From Schmidtea nova (Eukaryota): a DNA stretch of 64,000 nucleotides. The stretch spans positions 29,760,001-29,824,000 of the forward strand of contig CM097884.1 of NCBI GenBank assembly GCA_044892505.1, given 5' to 3'. This document shows positions 27,601 to 42,600 of this stretch, in pieces. The notes beneath the pieces were generated by a model. The model made no database searches, was not told the DNA's origin, and saw only the letters and a program-made list of their open reading frames with translations. The first letter of the stretch is position 1. Each line of letters begins with the position of its first letter. A program made the translations under genes and the position numbers.

Positions 27601-30600
27601 AATGTATTCATCGATACGCTTACAAGTCATGAAGCTGAAATTAAATTCGAAGAAACTTTGACTGAGTTCATGTGTGAGACGGTAAATAGTGAAAGCAGTT
27701 TTGAATGCAAATCAGTTGAAGAAAGCTGGAGTCAAGTTGGTGCAAAGGCAGTTGAAGTTGGTTCAGAATTCAGAAGCGTGATTGTAGAATGTTCAAGTGA
27801 ATATACAATTAGTATGAGAGAAAGTCAGGTAGACCAAGCAATAGAAACTGAAGAAGTCGGTGTAATGACAGTAGGATTGATAGTGATAGATGAGTCATCG
27901 GTGTTTGAATTGAGGTGCTGCACAGTTGAATGTGAAACTGTAGAAATCGTAGAAGAAATAATTCCTTTAGAGGCAAAGGAAGAGGAATCAGAAAGATTGT
28001 TAATTGAGAATGAAAGTGTAAGCTGGGAGATTCCAATGCTAGATATTGCTACTACAACAGTTAAGCCGACATTAGAAGATATTAGCACAGAAAATGTAAT
28101 TGAGCATGTTGAATATAGTGGTGAATGGTGCCGAGAAATTAAGCATGAAAGTGAAATGTTTGAAACAGAGAAATCAGTTTACTCAACAACGATCATATCA
28201 TCAGATGAAGACATTAAATATTGCTCAGTTGAAATACAATTCGAAGAAACAAAGTCTCGCAACATAGAATCTGGCTACGAAATCAAGTCAACAATGAAAG
28301 AATGTTACAGCGAAACAGAGGTAAATAAAATAAATTCATTTTTACAAATAATGTCACTTATTCACTGCCAAAAATCTATCATGATGTCTTTAAAGATAAA
28401 TACTGTTTTGAAACCTTTATCATAATATTTAATTTTTTAATCATATTTAATCATTGTTTATTTATTAACCTCTTCTTTGCAATTTTATGTCTTAGTTTTA
28501 TTAATTTACAAAATATTTCGAGTCATTTTTAGAACTGTTTTCTTGTGTTTAGATTAAATCTGAAAACATTGCAACTGAAACTGGAATAACAGAATTGATA
28601 CATACGAGCTTGGAAAAAGAACCAAAAGCTTCAAATAAGTTAACTGACTATAGAGCAGAGGCCATTGACATGAGCAGTGAATCATTCAAAGATAGTGAAA
28701 TTGTAGAAGTTTCTTTCGAAAAACTCAAAGACACAGTTGACTTTAGCGGTAGTGTAGAAAGTAAAATGATTGAAGTAGGAACAGAAACTTTCGGAGAAAA
28801 GCATAATGTATTCATCGATACGCTTACAAGTCATGAAGCTGAAATTAAATTCGAAGAAACTTTGACTGAGTTCATGTGTGAGACGGTAAATAGTGAAAGC
28901 AGTTTTGAATGCAAATCAGTTGAAGAAAGCTGGAGTCAAGTTGGTGCAAAGGCAGTTGAAGTTGGTTCAGAATTCAGAAGCGTGATTGTAGAATGTTCAA
29001 GTGAATATACAATTAGTATGAGAGAAAGTCAGGTAGACCAAGCAATAGAAACTGAAGAAGTCGGTGTAATGACAGTAGGATTGATAGTGATAGATGAGTC
29101 ATCGGTGTTTGAATTGAGGTGCTGCACAGTTGAATGTGAAACTGTAGAAATCGTAGAAGAAATAATTCCTTTAGAGGCAAAGGAAGAGGAATCAGAAAGA
29201 TTGTTAATTGAGAATGAAAGTGTAAGCTGGGAGATTCCAATGCTAGATATTGCTACTACAACAGTTAAGCCGACATTAGAAGATATTAGCACAGAAAATG
29301 TAATTGAGCATGTTGAATATAGTGGTGAATGGTGCCGAGAAATTAAGCATGAAAGTGAAATGTTTGAAACAGAGAAATCAGTTTACTCAACAACGATCAT
29401 ATCATCAGATGAAGACATTAAATATTGCTCAGTTGAAATACAATTCGAAGAAACAAAGTCTCGCAACATAGAATCTGGCTACGAAATCAAGTCAACAATG
29501 AAAGAATGTTACAGCGAAACAGAGGTAAATAAAATAAATTCATTTTTACAAATAATGTCACTTATTCACTGCCAAAAATCTATCATGATGTCTTTAAAGA
29601 TAAATACTGTTTTGAAACCTTTATCATAATATTTAATTTTTTAATCATATTTAATCATTGTTTATTTATTAACCTCTTCTTTGCAATTTTATGTCTTAGT
29701 TTTATTAATTTACAAAATATTTCGAGTCATTTTTAGAACTGTTTTCTTGTGTTTAGATTAAATCTGAAAACATTGCAACTGAAACTGGAATAACAGAATT
29801 GATACATACGAGCTTGGAAAAAGATACAAAAGCTTCAAATAAGTTAACTGACTATAGAGCAGAGGCCATTGACATGAGCAGTGAATCATTCAAAGATAGT
29901 GAAATTGTAGAAGTTTCTTTCGAAAAACTCAAAGACACAGTTGACTTTAGCGGTAGTGTAGAAAGTAAAATGATTGAAGTAGGAACAGAAACTTTCGGAG
30001 AAAAGCATAATGTATTCATCGATACGCTTACAAGTCATGAAGCTGAAATTAAATTCGAAGAAACTTTGACTGAGTTCATGTGTGAGACGGTAAATAGTGA
30101 AAGCAGTTTTGAATGCAAATCAGTTGAAGAAAGCTGGAGTCAAGTTGGTGCAAAGGCAGTTGAAGTTGGTTCAGAATTCAGAAGCGTGATTGTAGAATGT
30201 TCAAGTGAATATACAATTAGTATGAGAGAAAGTCAGGTAGACCAAGCAATAGAAACTGAAGAAGTCGGTGTAATGACAGTAGGATTGATAGTGATAGATG
30301 AGTCATCGGTGTTTGAATTGAGGTGCTGCACAGTTGAATGTGAAACTGTAGAAATCGTAGAAGAAATAATTCCTTTAGAGGCAAAGGAAGAGGAATCAGA
30401 AAGATTGTTAATTGAGAATGAAAGTGTAAGCTGGGAGATTCCAATGCTAGATATTGCTACTACAACAGTTAAGCCGACATTAGAAGATATTAGCACAGAA
30501 AATGTAATTGAGCATGTTGAATATAGTGGTGAATGGTGCCGAGAAATTAAGCATGAAAGTGAAATGTTTGAAACAGAGAAATCAGTTTACTCAACAACGA

Positions 30601-33600
30601 TCATATCATCAGATGAAGACATTAAATATTGCTCAGTTGAAATACAATTCGAAGAAACAAAGTCTCGCAACATAGAATCTGGCTACGAAATCAAGTCAAC
30701 AATGAAAGAATGTTACAGCGAAACAGAGGTAAATAAAATAAATTCATTTTTACAAATAATGTCACTTATTCACTGCCTAAAATCTATCATGATGTCTTTA
30801 AAGATAAATACTGTTTTGAAACCTTTATCATAATATTTAATTTTTTAATCATATTTAATCATTGTTTATTTATTAACCTCTTCTTTGCAATTTTATGTCT
30901 TAGTTTTATTAATTTACAAAATATTTCGAGTCATTTTTAGAACTGTTTTCTTGTGTTTAGATTAAATCTGAAAACATTGCAACTGAAACTGGAATAACAG
31001 AATTGATACGTACGAGCTTGGAAAAAGATACAAAAGCTTCAAATAAGTTAACTGACTATAGAGTAGAGGCCATTGACATGAGCAGTGAATCATTCAAAGA
31101 TAGTGAAATTGTAGAAGTTTCTTTCGAAAAACTCAAAGACACAGTTGACTTTAGCGGTAGTGTAGAAAGTAAAATGATTGAAGTAGGAACAGAAACTTTC
31201 GGAGAAAAGCATAATGTATTCATCGATACGCTTACAAGTCATGAAGCTGAAATTAAATTCGAAGAAACTTTGACTGAGTTCATGTGTGAGACGGTAAATA
31301 GTGAAAGCAGTTTTGAATGCAAATCAGTTGAAGAAAGCTGGAGTCAAGTTGGTGCAAAGGCAGTTGAAGTTGGTTCAGAATTCAGAAGCGTGATTGTAGA
31401 ATGTTCAAGTGAATATACAATTAGTATGAGAGAAAGTCAGGTAGACCAAGCAATAGAAACTGAAGAAGTCGGTGTAATGACAGTAGGATTGATAGTGATA
31501 GATGAGTCATCGGTGTTTGAATTGAGGTGCTGCACAGTTGAATGTGAAACTGTAGAAATCGTAGAAGAAATAATTCCTTTAGAGGCAAAGGAAGAGGAAT
31601 CAGAAAGATTGTTAATTGAGAATGAAAGTGTAAGCTGGGAGATTCCAATGCTAGATATTGCTACTACAACAGTTAAGCCGACATTAGAAGATATTAGCAC
31701 AGAAAATGTAATTGAGCATGTTGAATATAGTGGTGAATGGTGCCGAGAAATTAAGCATGAAAGTGAAATGTTTGAAACAGAGAAATCAGTTTACTCAACA
31801 ACGATCATATCATCAGATGAAGACATTAAATATTGCTCAGTTGAAATACAATTCGAAGAAACAAAGTCTCGCAACATAGAATCTGGCTACGAAATCAAGT
31901 CAACAATGAAAGAATGTTACAGCGAAACAGAGGTAAATAAAATAAATTCATTTTTACAAATAATGTCACTTATTCACTGCCAAAAATCTATCATGATGTC
32001 TTTAAAGATAAATACTGTTTTGAAACCTTTATCATAATATTTAATTTTTTAATCATATTTAATCATTGTTTATTTATTAACCTCTTCTTTGCAATTTTAT
32101 GTCTTAGTTTTATTAATTTACAAAATATTTCGAGTCATTTTTAGAACTGTTTTCTTGTGTTTAGATTAAATCTGAAAACATTGCAACTGAAACTGGAATA
32201 ACAGAATTGATACATACGAGCTTGGAAAAAGATACAAAAGCTTCAAATAAGTTAACTGACTATAGAGCAGAGGCCATTGACATGAGCAGTGAATCATTCA
32301 AAGATAGTGAAATTGTAGAAGTTTCTTTCGAAAAACTCAAAGACACAGTTGACTTTAGCGGTAGTGTAGAAAGTAAAATGATTGAAGTAGGAACAGAAAC
32401 TTTCGGAGAAAAGCATAATGTATTCATCGATACGCTTACAAGTCATGAAGCTGAAATTAAATTCGAAGAAACTTTGACTGAGTTCATGTGTGAGACGGTA
32501 AATAGTGAAAGCAGTTTTGAATGCAAATCAGTTGAAGAAAGCTGGAGTCAAGTTGGTGCAAAGGCAGTTGAAGTTGGTTCAGAATTCAGAAGCGTGATTG
32601 TAGAATGTTCAAGTGAATATACAATTAGTATGAGAGAAAGTCAGGTAGACCAAGCAATAGAAACTGAAGAAGTCGGTGTAATGACAGTAGGATTGATAGT
32701 GATAGATGAGTCATCGGTGTTTGAATTGAGGTGCTGCACAGTTGAATGTGAAACTGTAGAAATCGTAGAAGAAATAATTCCTTTAGAGGCAAAGGAAGAG
32801 GAATCAGAAAGATTGTTAATTGAGAATGAAAGTGTAAGCTGGGAGATTCCAATGCTAGATATTGCTACTACAACAGTTAAGCCGACATTAGAAGATATTA
32901 GCACAGAAAATGTAATTGAGCATGTTGAATATAGTGGTGAATGGTGCCGAGAAATTAAGCATGAAAGTGAAATGTTTGAAACAGAGAAATCAGTTTACTC
33001 AACAACGATCATATCATCAGATGAAGACATTAAATATTGCTCAGTTGAAATACAATTCGAAGAAACAAAGTCTCGCAACATAGAATCTGGCTACGAAATC
33101 AAGTCAACAATGAAAGAATGTTACAGCGAAACAGAGGTAAATAAAATAAATTCATTTTTACAAATAATGTCACTTATTCACTGCCTAAAATCTATCATGA
33201 TGTCTTTAAAGATAAATACTGTTTTGAAACCTTTATCATAATATTTAATTTTTTAATCATATTTAATCATTGTTTATTTATTAACCTCTTCTTTGCAATC
33301 TTATGTCTTAGTTTTATTAATTTACAAAATATTTCGAGTCATTTTTAGAACTGTTTTCTTGTGTTTAGATTAAATCTGAAAACATTGCAACTGAAACTGG
33401 AATAACAGAATTGATACATACGAGCTTGGAAAAAGATACAAAAGCTTCAAATAAGTTAACTGACTATAGAGCAGAGGCCATTGACATGAGCAGTGAATCA
33501 TTCAAAGATAGTGAAATTGTAGAAGTTTCTTTCGAAAAACTCAAAGACACAGTTGACTTTAGCGGTAGTGTAGAAAGTAAAATGATTGAAGTAGGAACAG

Positions 33601-36600
33601 AAACTTTCGGAGAAAAGCATAATGTATTCATCGATACGCTTACAAGTCATGAAGCTGAAATTAAATTCGAAGAAACTTTGACTGAGTTCATGTGTGAGAC
33701 GGTAAATAGTGAAAGCAGTTTTGAATGCAAATCAGTTGAAGAAAGCTGGAGTCAAGTTGGTGCAAAGGCAGTTGAAGTTGGTTCAGAATTCAGAAGCGTG
33801 ATTGTAGAATGTTCAAGTGAATATACAATTAGTATGAGAGAAAGTCAGGTAGACCAAGCAATAGAAACTGAAGAAGTCGGTGTAATGACAGTAGGATTGA
33901 TAGTGATAGATGAGTCATCGGTGTTTGAATTGAGGTGCTGCACAGTTGAATGTGAAACTGTAGAAATCGTAGAAGAAATAATTCCTTTAGAGGCAAAGGA
34001 AGAGGAATCAGAAAGATTGTTAATTGAGAATGAAAGTGTAAGCTGGGAGATTCCAATGCTAGATATTGCTACTACAACAGTTAAGCCGAAATTAGAAGAT
34101 ATTAGCACAGAAAATGTAATTGAGCATGTTGAATATAGTGGTGAATGGTGCCGAGAAATTAAGCATGAAAGTGAAATGTTTGAAACAGAGAAATCAGTTT
34201 ACTCAACAACGATCATATCATCAGATGAAGACATTAAATATTGCTCAGTCGAAATACAATTCGAAGAAACAAAGTCTCGCAACATAGAATCTGGCTACGA
34301 AATCAAGTCAACAATGAAAGAATGTTACAGCGAAACAGAGGTAAATAAAATAAATTCATTTTTACAAATAATGTCACTTATTCACTGCCTAAAATCTATC
34401 ATGATGTCTTTAAAGATAAATACTGTTTTGAAACCTTTATCATAATATTTAATTTTTTAATCATATTTAATCATTGTTTATTTATTAACCTCTTCTTTGC
34501 AATTTTATGTCTTAGTTTTATTAATTTACAAAATATTTCGAGTCATTTTTAGAACTGTTTTCTTGTGTTTAGATTAAATCTGAAAACATTGCAACTGAAA
34601 CTGGAATAACAGAATTGATACATACGAGCTTGGAAAAAGATACAAAAGCTTCAAATAAGTTAACTGACTATAGAGCAGAGGCCATTGACATGAGCAGTGA
34701 ATCATTCAAAGATAGTGAAATTGTAGAAGTTTCTTTCGAAAAACTCAAAGACACAGTTGACTTTAGCGGTAGTGTAGAAAGTAAAATGATTGAAGTAGGA
34801 ACAGAAACTTTCGGAGAAAAGCATAATGTATTCATCGATACGCTTACAAGTCATGAAGCTGAAATTAAATTCGAAGAAACTTTGACTGAGTTCATGTGTG
34901 AGACGGTAAATAGTGAAAGCAGTTTTGAATGCAAATCAGTTGAAGAAAGCTGGAGTCAAGTTGGTGCAAAGGCAGTTGAAGTTGGTTCAGAATTCAGAAG
35001 CGTGATTGTAGAATGTTCAAGTGAATATACAATTAGTATGAGAGAAAGTCAGGTAGACCAAGCAATAGAAACTGAAGAAGTCGGTGTAATGACAGTAGGA
35101 TTGATAGTGATAGATGAGTCATCGGTGTTTGAATTGAGGTGCTGCACAGTTGAATGTGAAACTGTAGAAATCGTAGAAGAAATAATTCCTTTAGAGGCAA
35201 AGGAAGAGGAATCAGAAAGATTGTTAATTGAGAATGAAAGTGTAAGCTGGGAGATTCCAATGCTAGATATTGCTACTACAACAGTTAAGCCGACATTAGA
35301 AGATATTAGCACAGAAAATGTAATTGAGCATGTTGAATATAGTGGTGAATGGTGCCGAGAAATTAAGCATGAAAGTGAAATGTTTGAAACAGAGAAATCA
35401 GTTTACTCAACAACGATCATATCATCAGATGAAGACATTAAATATTGCTCAGTTGAAATACAATTCGAAGAAACAAAGTCTCGCAACATAGAATCTGGCT
35501 ACGAAATCAAGTCAACAATGAAAGAATGTTACAGCGAAACAGAGGTAAATAAAATAAATTCATTTTTACAAATAATGTCACTTATTCACTGCCAAAAATC
35601 TATCATGATGTCTTTAAAGATAAATACTGTTTTGAAACCTTTATCATAATATTTAATTTTTTAATCATATTTAATCATTGTTTATTTATTAACCTCTTCT
35701 TTGCAATTTTATATCTTAGTTTTATTAATTTACAAAATATTTCGAGTCATTTTTAGAACTGTTTTCTTGTGTTTAGATTAAATCTGAAAACATTGCAACT
35801 GAAACTGGAATAACAGAATTGATACATACGAGCTTGGAAAAAGATAGAAAAGCTTCAAATAAGTTAACTGACTATAGAGCAGAGGCCATTGACATGAGCA
35901 GTGAATCATTCAAAGATAGTGAAATTGTAGAAGTTTCTTTCGAAAAACTCAAAGACACAGTTGACTTTAGCGGTAGTGTAGAAAGTAAAATGATTGAAGT
36001 AGGAACAGAAACTTTCGGAGAAAAGCATAATGTATTCATCGATACGCTTACAAGTCATGAAGCTGAAATTAAATTCGAAGAAACTTTGACTGAGTTCATG
36101 TGTGAGACGGTAAATAGTGAAAGCAGTTTTGAATGCAAATCAGTTGAAGAAAGCTGGAGTCAAGTTGGTGCAAAGGCAGTTGAAGTTGGTTCAGAATTCA
36201 GAAGCGTGATTGTAGAATGTTCAAGTGAATATACAATTAGTATGAGAGAAAGTCAGGTAGACCAAGCAATAGAAACTGAAGAAGTCGGTGTAATGACAGT
36301 AGGATTGATAGTGATAGATGAGTCATCGGTGTTTGAATTGAGGTGCTGCACAGTTGAATGTGAAACTGTAGAAATCGTAGAAGAAATAATTCCTTTAGAG
36401 GCAAAGGAAGAGGAATCAGAAAGATTGTTAATTGAGAATGAAAGTGTAAGCTGGGAGATTCCAATGCTAGATATTGCTACTACAACAGTTAAGCCGACAT
36501 TAGAAGATATTAGCACAGAAAATGTAATTGAGCATGTTGAATATAGTGGTGAATGGTGCCGAGAAATTAAGCATGAAAGTGAAATGTTTGAAACAGAGAA

Positions 36601-39600
36601 ATCAGTTTACTCAACAACGATCATATCATCAGATGAAGACATTAAATATTGCTCAGTTGAAATACAATTCGAAGAAACAAAGTCTCGCAACATAGAATCT
36701 GGCTACGAAATCAAGTCAACAATGAAAGAATGTTACAGCGAAACAGAGGTAAATAAAATAAATTCATTTTTACAAATAATGTCACTTATTCACTGCCTAA
36801 AATCTATCATGATGTCTTTAAAGATAAATACTGTTTTGAAACCTTTATCATAATATTTAATTTTTTAATCATATTTAATCATTGTTTATTTATTAACCTC
36901 TTCTTTGCAATTTTATGTCTTAGTTTTATTAATTTACAAAATATTTCGAGTCATTTTTAGAACTGTTTTCTTGTGTTTAGATTAAATCTGAAAACATTGC
37001 AACTGAAACTGGAATAACAGAATTGATACATACGAGCTTGGAAAAAGATAGAAAAGCTTCAAATAAGTTAACTGACTATAGAGCAGAGGCCATTGACATG
37101 AGCAGTGAATCATTCAAAGATAGTGAAATTGTAGAAGTTTCTTTCGAAAAACTCAAAGACACAGTTGACTTTAGCGGTAGTGTAGAAAGTAAAATGATTG
37201 AAGTAGGAACAGAAACTTTCGGAGAAAAGCATAATGTATTCATCGATACGCTTACAAGTCATGAAGCTGAAATTAAATTCGAAGAAACTTTGACTGAGTT
37301 CATGTGTGAGACGGTAAATAGTGAAAGCAGTTTTGAATGCAAATCAGTTGAAGAAAGCTGGAGTCAAGTTGGTGCAAAGGCAGTTGAAGTTGGTTCAGAA
37401 TTCAGAAGCGTGATTGTAGAATGTTCAAGTGAATATACAATTAGTATGAGAGAAAGTCAGGTAGACCAAGCAATAGAAACTGAAGAAGTCGGTGTAATGA
37501 CAGTAGGATTGATAGTGATAGATGAGTCATCGGTGTTTGAATTGAGGTGCTGCACAGTTGAATGTGAAACTGTAGAAATCGTAGAAGAAATAATTCCTTT
37601 AGAGGCAAAGGAAGAGGAATCAGAAAGATTGTTAATTGAGAATGAAAGTGTAAGCTGGGAGATTCCAATGCTAGATATTGCTACTACAACAGTTAAGCCG
37701 ACATTAGAAGATATTAGCACAGAAAATGTAATTGAGCATGTTGAATATAGTGGTGAATGGTGCCGAGAAATTAAGCATGAAAGTGAAATGTTTGAAACAG
37801 AGAAATCAGTTTACTCAACAACGATCATATCATCAGATGAAGACATTAAATATTGCTCAGTTGAAATACAATTCGAAGAAACAAAGTCTCGCAACATAGA
37901 ATCTGGCTACGAAATCAAGTCAACAATGAAAGAATGTTACAGCGAAACAGAGGTAAATAAAATAAATTCATTTTTACAAATAATGTCACTTATTCACTGC
38001 CTAAAATCTATCATGATGTCTTTAAAGATAAATACTGTTTTGAAACCTTTATCATAATATTTAATTTTTTAATCATATTTAATCATTGTTTATTTATTAA
38101 CCTCTTCTTTGCAATTTTATGTCTTAGTTTTATTAATTTACAAAATATTTCGAGTCATTTTTAGAACTGTTTTCTTGTGTTTAGATTAAATCTGAAAACA
38201 TTGCAACTGAAACTGGAATAACAGAATTGATACATACGAGCTTGGAAAAAGATACAAAAGCTTCAAATAAGTTAACTGACTATAGAGTAGAGGCCATTGA
38301 CATGAGCAGTGAATCATTCAAAGATAGTGAAATTGTAGAAGTTTCTTTCGAAAAACTCAAAGACACAGTTGACTTTAGCGGTAGTGTAGAAAGTAAAATG
38401 ATTGAAGTAGGAACAGAAACTTTCGGAGAAAAGCATAATGTATTCATCGATACGCTTACAAGTCATGAAGCTGAAATTAAATTCGAAGAAACTTTGACTG
38501 AGTTCATGTGTGAGACGGTAAATAGTGAAAGCAGTTTTGAATGCAAATCAGTTGAAGAAAGCTGGAGTCAAGTTGGTGCAAAGGCAGTTGAAGTTGGTTC
38601 AGAATTCAGAAGCGTGATTGTAGAATGTTCAAGTGAATATACAATTAGTATGAGAGAAAGTCAGGTAGACCAAGCAATAGAAACTGAAGAAGTCGGTGTA
38701 ATGACAGTAGGATTGATAGTGATAGATGAGTCATCGGTGTTTGAATTGAGGTGCTGCACAGTTGAATGTGAAACTGTAGAAATCGTAGAAGAAATAATTC
38801 CTTTAGAGGCAAAGGAAGAGGAATCAGAAAGATTGTTAATTGAGAATGAAAGTGTAAGCTGGGAGATTCCAATGCTAGATATTGCTACTACAACAGTTAA
38901 GCCGACATTAGAAGATATTAGCACAGAAAATGTAATTGAGCATGTTGAATATAGTGGTGAATGGTGCCGAGAAATTAAGCATGAAAGTGAAATGTTTGAA
39001 ACAGAGAAATCAGTTTACTCAACAACGATCATATCATCAGATGAAGACATTAAATATTGCTCAGTTGAAATACAATTCGAAGAAACAAAGTCTCGCAACA
39101 TAGAATCTGGCTACGAAATCAAGTCAACAATGAAAGAATGTTACAGCGAAACAGAGGTAAATAAAATAAATTCATTTTTACAAATAATGTCACTTATTCA
39201 CTGCCTAAAATCTATCATGATGTCTTTAAAGATAAATACTGTTTTGAAACCTTTATCATAATATTTAATTTTTTAATCATATTTAATCATTGTTTATTTA
39301 TTAACCTCTTCTTTGCAATTTTATGTCTTAGTTTTATTAATTTACAAAATATTTCGAGTCATTTTTAGAACTGTTTTCTTGTGTTTAGATTAAATCTGAA
39401 AACATTGCAACTGAAACTGGAATAACAGAATTGATACATACGAGCTTGGAAAAAGATACAAAAGCTTCAAATAAGTTAACTGACTATAGAGCAGAGGCCA
39501 TTGACATGAGCAGTGAATCATTCAAAGATAGTGAAATTGTAGAAGTTTCTTTCGAAAAACTCAAAGACACAGTTGACTTTAGCGGTAGTGTAGAAAGTAA

Positions 39601-42600
39601 AATGATTGAAGTAGGAACAGAAACTTTCGGAGAAAAGCATAATGTATTCATCGATACGCTTACAAGTCATGAAGCTGAAATTAAATTCGAAGAAACTTTG
39701 ACTGAGTTCATGTGTGAGACGGTAAATAGTGAAAGCAGTTTTGAATGCAAATCAGTTGAAGAAAGCTGGAGTCAAGTTGGTGCAAAGGCAGTTGAAGTTG
39801 GTTCAGAATTCAGAAGCGTGATTGTAGAATGTTCAAGTGAATATACAATTAGTATGAGAGAAAGTCAGGTAGACCAAGCAATAGAAACTGAAGAAGTCGG
39901 TGTAATGACAGTAGGATTGATAGTGATAGATGAGTCATCGGTGTTTGAATTGAGGTGCTGCACAGTTGAATGTGAAACTGTAGAAATCGTAGAAGAAATA
40001 ATTCCTTTAGAGGCAAAGGAAGAGGAATCAGAAAGATTGTTAATTGAGAATGAAAGTGTAAGCTGGGAGATTCCAATGCTAGATATTGCTACTACAACAG
40101 TTAAGCCGACATTAGAAGATATTAGCACAGAAAATGTAATTGAGCATGTTGAATATAGTGGTGAATGGTGCCGAGAAATTAAGCATGAAAGTGAAATGTT
40201 TGAAACAGAGAAATCAGTTTACTCAACAACGATCATATCATCAGATGAAGACATTAAATATTGCTCAGTTGAAATACAATTCGAAGAAACAAAGTCTCGC
40301 AACATAGAATCTGGCTACGAAATCAAGTCAACAATGAAAGAATGTTACAGCGAAACAGAGGTAAATAAAATAAATTCATTTTTACAAATAATGTCACTTA
40401 TTCACTGCCTAAAATCTATCATGATGTCTTTAAAGATAAATACTGTTTTGAAACCTTTATCATAATATTTAATTTTTTAATCATATTTAATCATTGTTTA
40501 TTTATTAACCTCTTCTTTGCAATTTTATGTCTTAGTTTTATTAATTTACAAAATATTTCGAGTCATTTTTAGAACTGTTTTCTTGTGTTTAGATTAAATC
40601 TGAAAACATTGCAACTGAAACTGGAATAACAGAATTGATACATACGAGCTTGGAAAAAGATACAAAAGCTTCAAATAAGTTAACTGACTATAGAGCAGAG
40701 GCCATTGACATGAGCAGTGAATCATTCAAAGATAGTGAAATTGTAGAAGTTTCTTTCGAAAAACTCAAAGACACAGTTGACTTTAGCGGTAGTGTAGAAA
40801 GTAAAATGATTGAAGTAGGAACAGAAACTTTCGGAGAAAAGCATAATGTATTCATCGATACGCTTACAAGTCATGAAGCTGAAATTAAATTCGAAGAAGC
40901 TTTGACTGAGTTCATGTGTGAGACGGTAAATAGTGAAAGCAGTTTTGAATGCAAATCAGTTGAAGAAAGCTGGAGTCAAGTTGGTGCAAAGGCAGTTGAA
41001 GTTGGTTCAGAATTCAGAAGCGTGATTGTAGAATGTTCAAGTGAATATACAATTAGTATGAGAGAAAGTCAGGTAGACCAAGCAATAGAAACTGAAGAAG
41101 TCGGTGTAATGACAGTAGGATTGATAGTGATAGATGAGTCATCGGTGTTTGAATTGAGGTGCTGCACAGTTGAATGTGAAACTGTAGAAATCGTAGAAGA
41201 AATAATTCCTTTAGAGGCAAAGGAAGAGGAATCAGAAAGATTGTTAATTGAGAATGAAAGTGTAAGCTGGGAGATTCCAATGCTAGATATTGCTACTACA
41301 ACAGTTAAGCCGACATTAGAAGATATTAGCACAGAAAATGTAATTGAGCATGTTGAATATAGTGGTGAATGGTGCCGAGAAATTAAGCATGAAAGTGAAA
41401 TGTTTGAAACAGAGAAATCAGTTTACTCAACAACGATCATATCATCAGATGAAGACATTAAATATTGCTCAGTTGAAATACAATTCGAAGAAACAAAGTC
41501 TCGCAACATAGAATCTGGCTACGAAATCAAGTCAACAATGAAAGAATGTTACAGCGAAACAGAGGTAAATAAAATAAATTCATTTTTACAAATAATGTCA
41601 CTTATTCACTGCCTAAAATCTATCATGATGTCTTTAAAGATAAATACTGTTTTGAAACCTTTATCATAATATTTAATTTTTTAATCATATTTAATCATTG
41701 TTTATTTATTAACCTCTTCTTTGCAATTTTATGTCTTAGTTTTATTAATTTACAAAATATTTCGAGTCATTTTTAGAACTGTTTTCTTGTGTTTAGATTA
41801 AATCTGAAAACATTGCAACTGAAACTGGAATAACAGAATTGATACATACGAGCTTGGAAAAAGATACAAAAGCTTCAAATAAGTTAACTGACTATAGAGC
41901 AGAGGCCATTGACATGAGCAATGAATCATTCAAAGATAGTGAAATTGTAGAAGTTTCTTTCGAAAAACTCAAAGACACAGTTGACTTTAGCGGTAGTGTA
42001 GAAAGTAAAATGATTGAAGTAGGAACAGAAACTTTCGGAGAAAAGCATAATGTATTCATCGATACGCTTACAAGTCATGAAGCTGAAATTAAATTCGAAG
42101 AAACTTTGACTGAGTTCATGTGTGAGACGGTAAATAGTGAAAGCAGTTTTGAATGCAAATCAGTTGAAGAAAGCTGGAGTCAAGTTGGTGCAAAGGCAGT
42201 TGAAGTTGGTTCAGAATTCAGAAGCGTGATTGTAGAATGTTCAAGTGAATATACAATTAGTATGAGAGAAAGTCAGGTAGACCAAGCAATAGAAACTGAA
42301 GAAGTCGGTGTAATGACAGTAGGATTGATAGTGATAGATGAGTCATCGGTGTTTGAATTGAGGTGCTGCACAGTTGAATGTGAAACTGTAGAAATCGTAG
42401 AAGAAATAATTCCTTTAGAGGCAAAGGAAGAGGAATCAGAAAGATTGTTAATTGAGAATGAAAGTGTAAGCTGGGAGATTCCAATGCTAGATATTGCTAC
42501 TACAACAGTTAAGCCGACATTAGAAGATATTAGCACAGAAAATGTAATTGAGCATGTTGAATATAGTGGTGAATGGTGCCGAGAAATTAAGCATGAAAGT

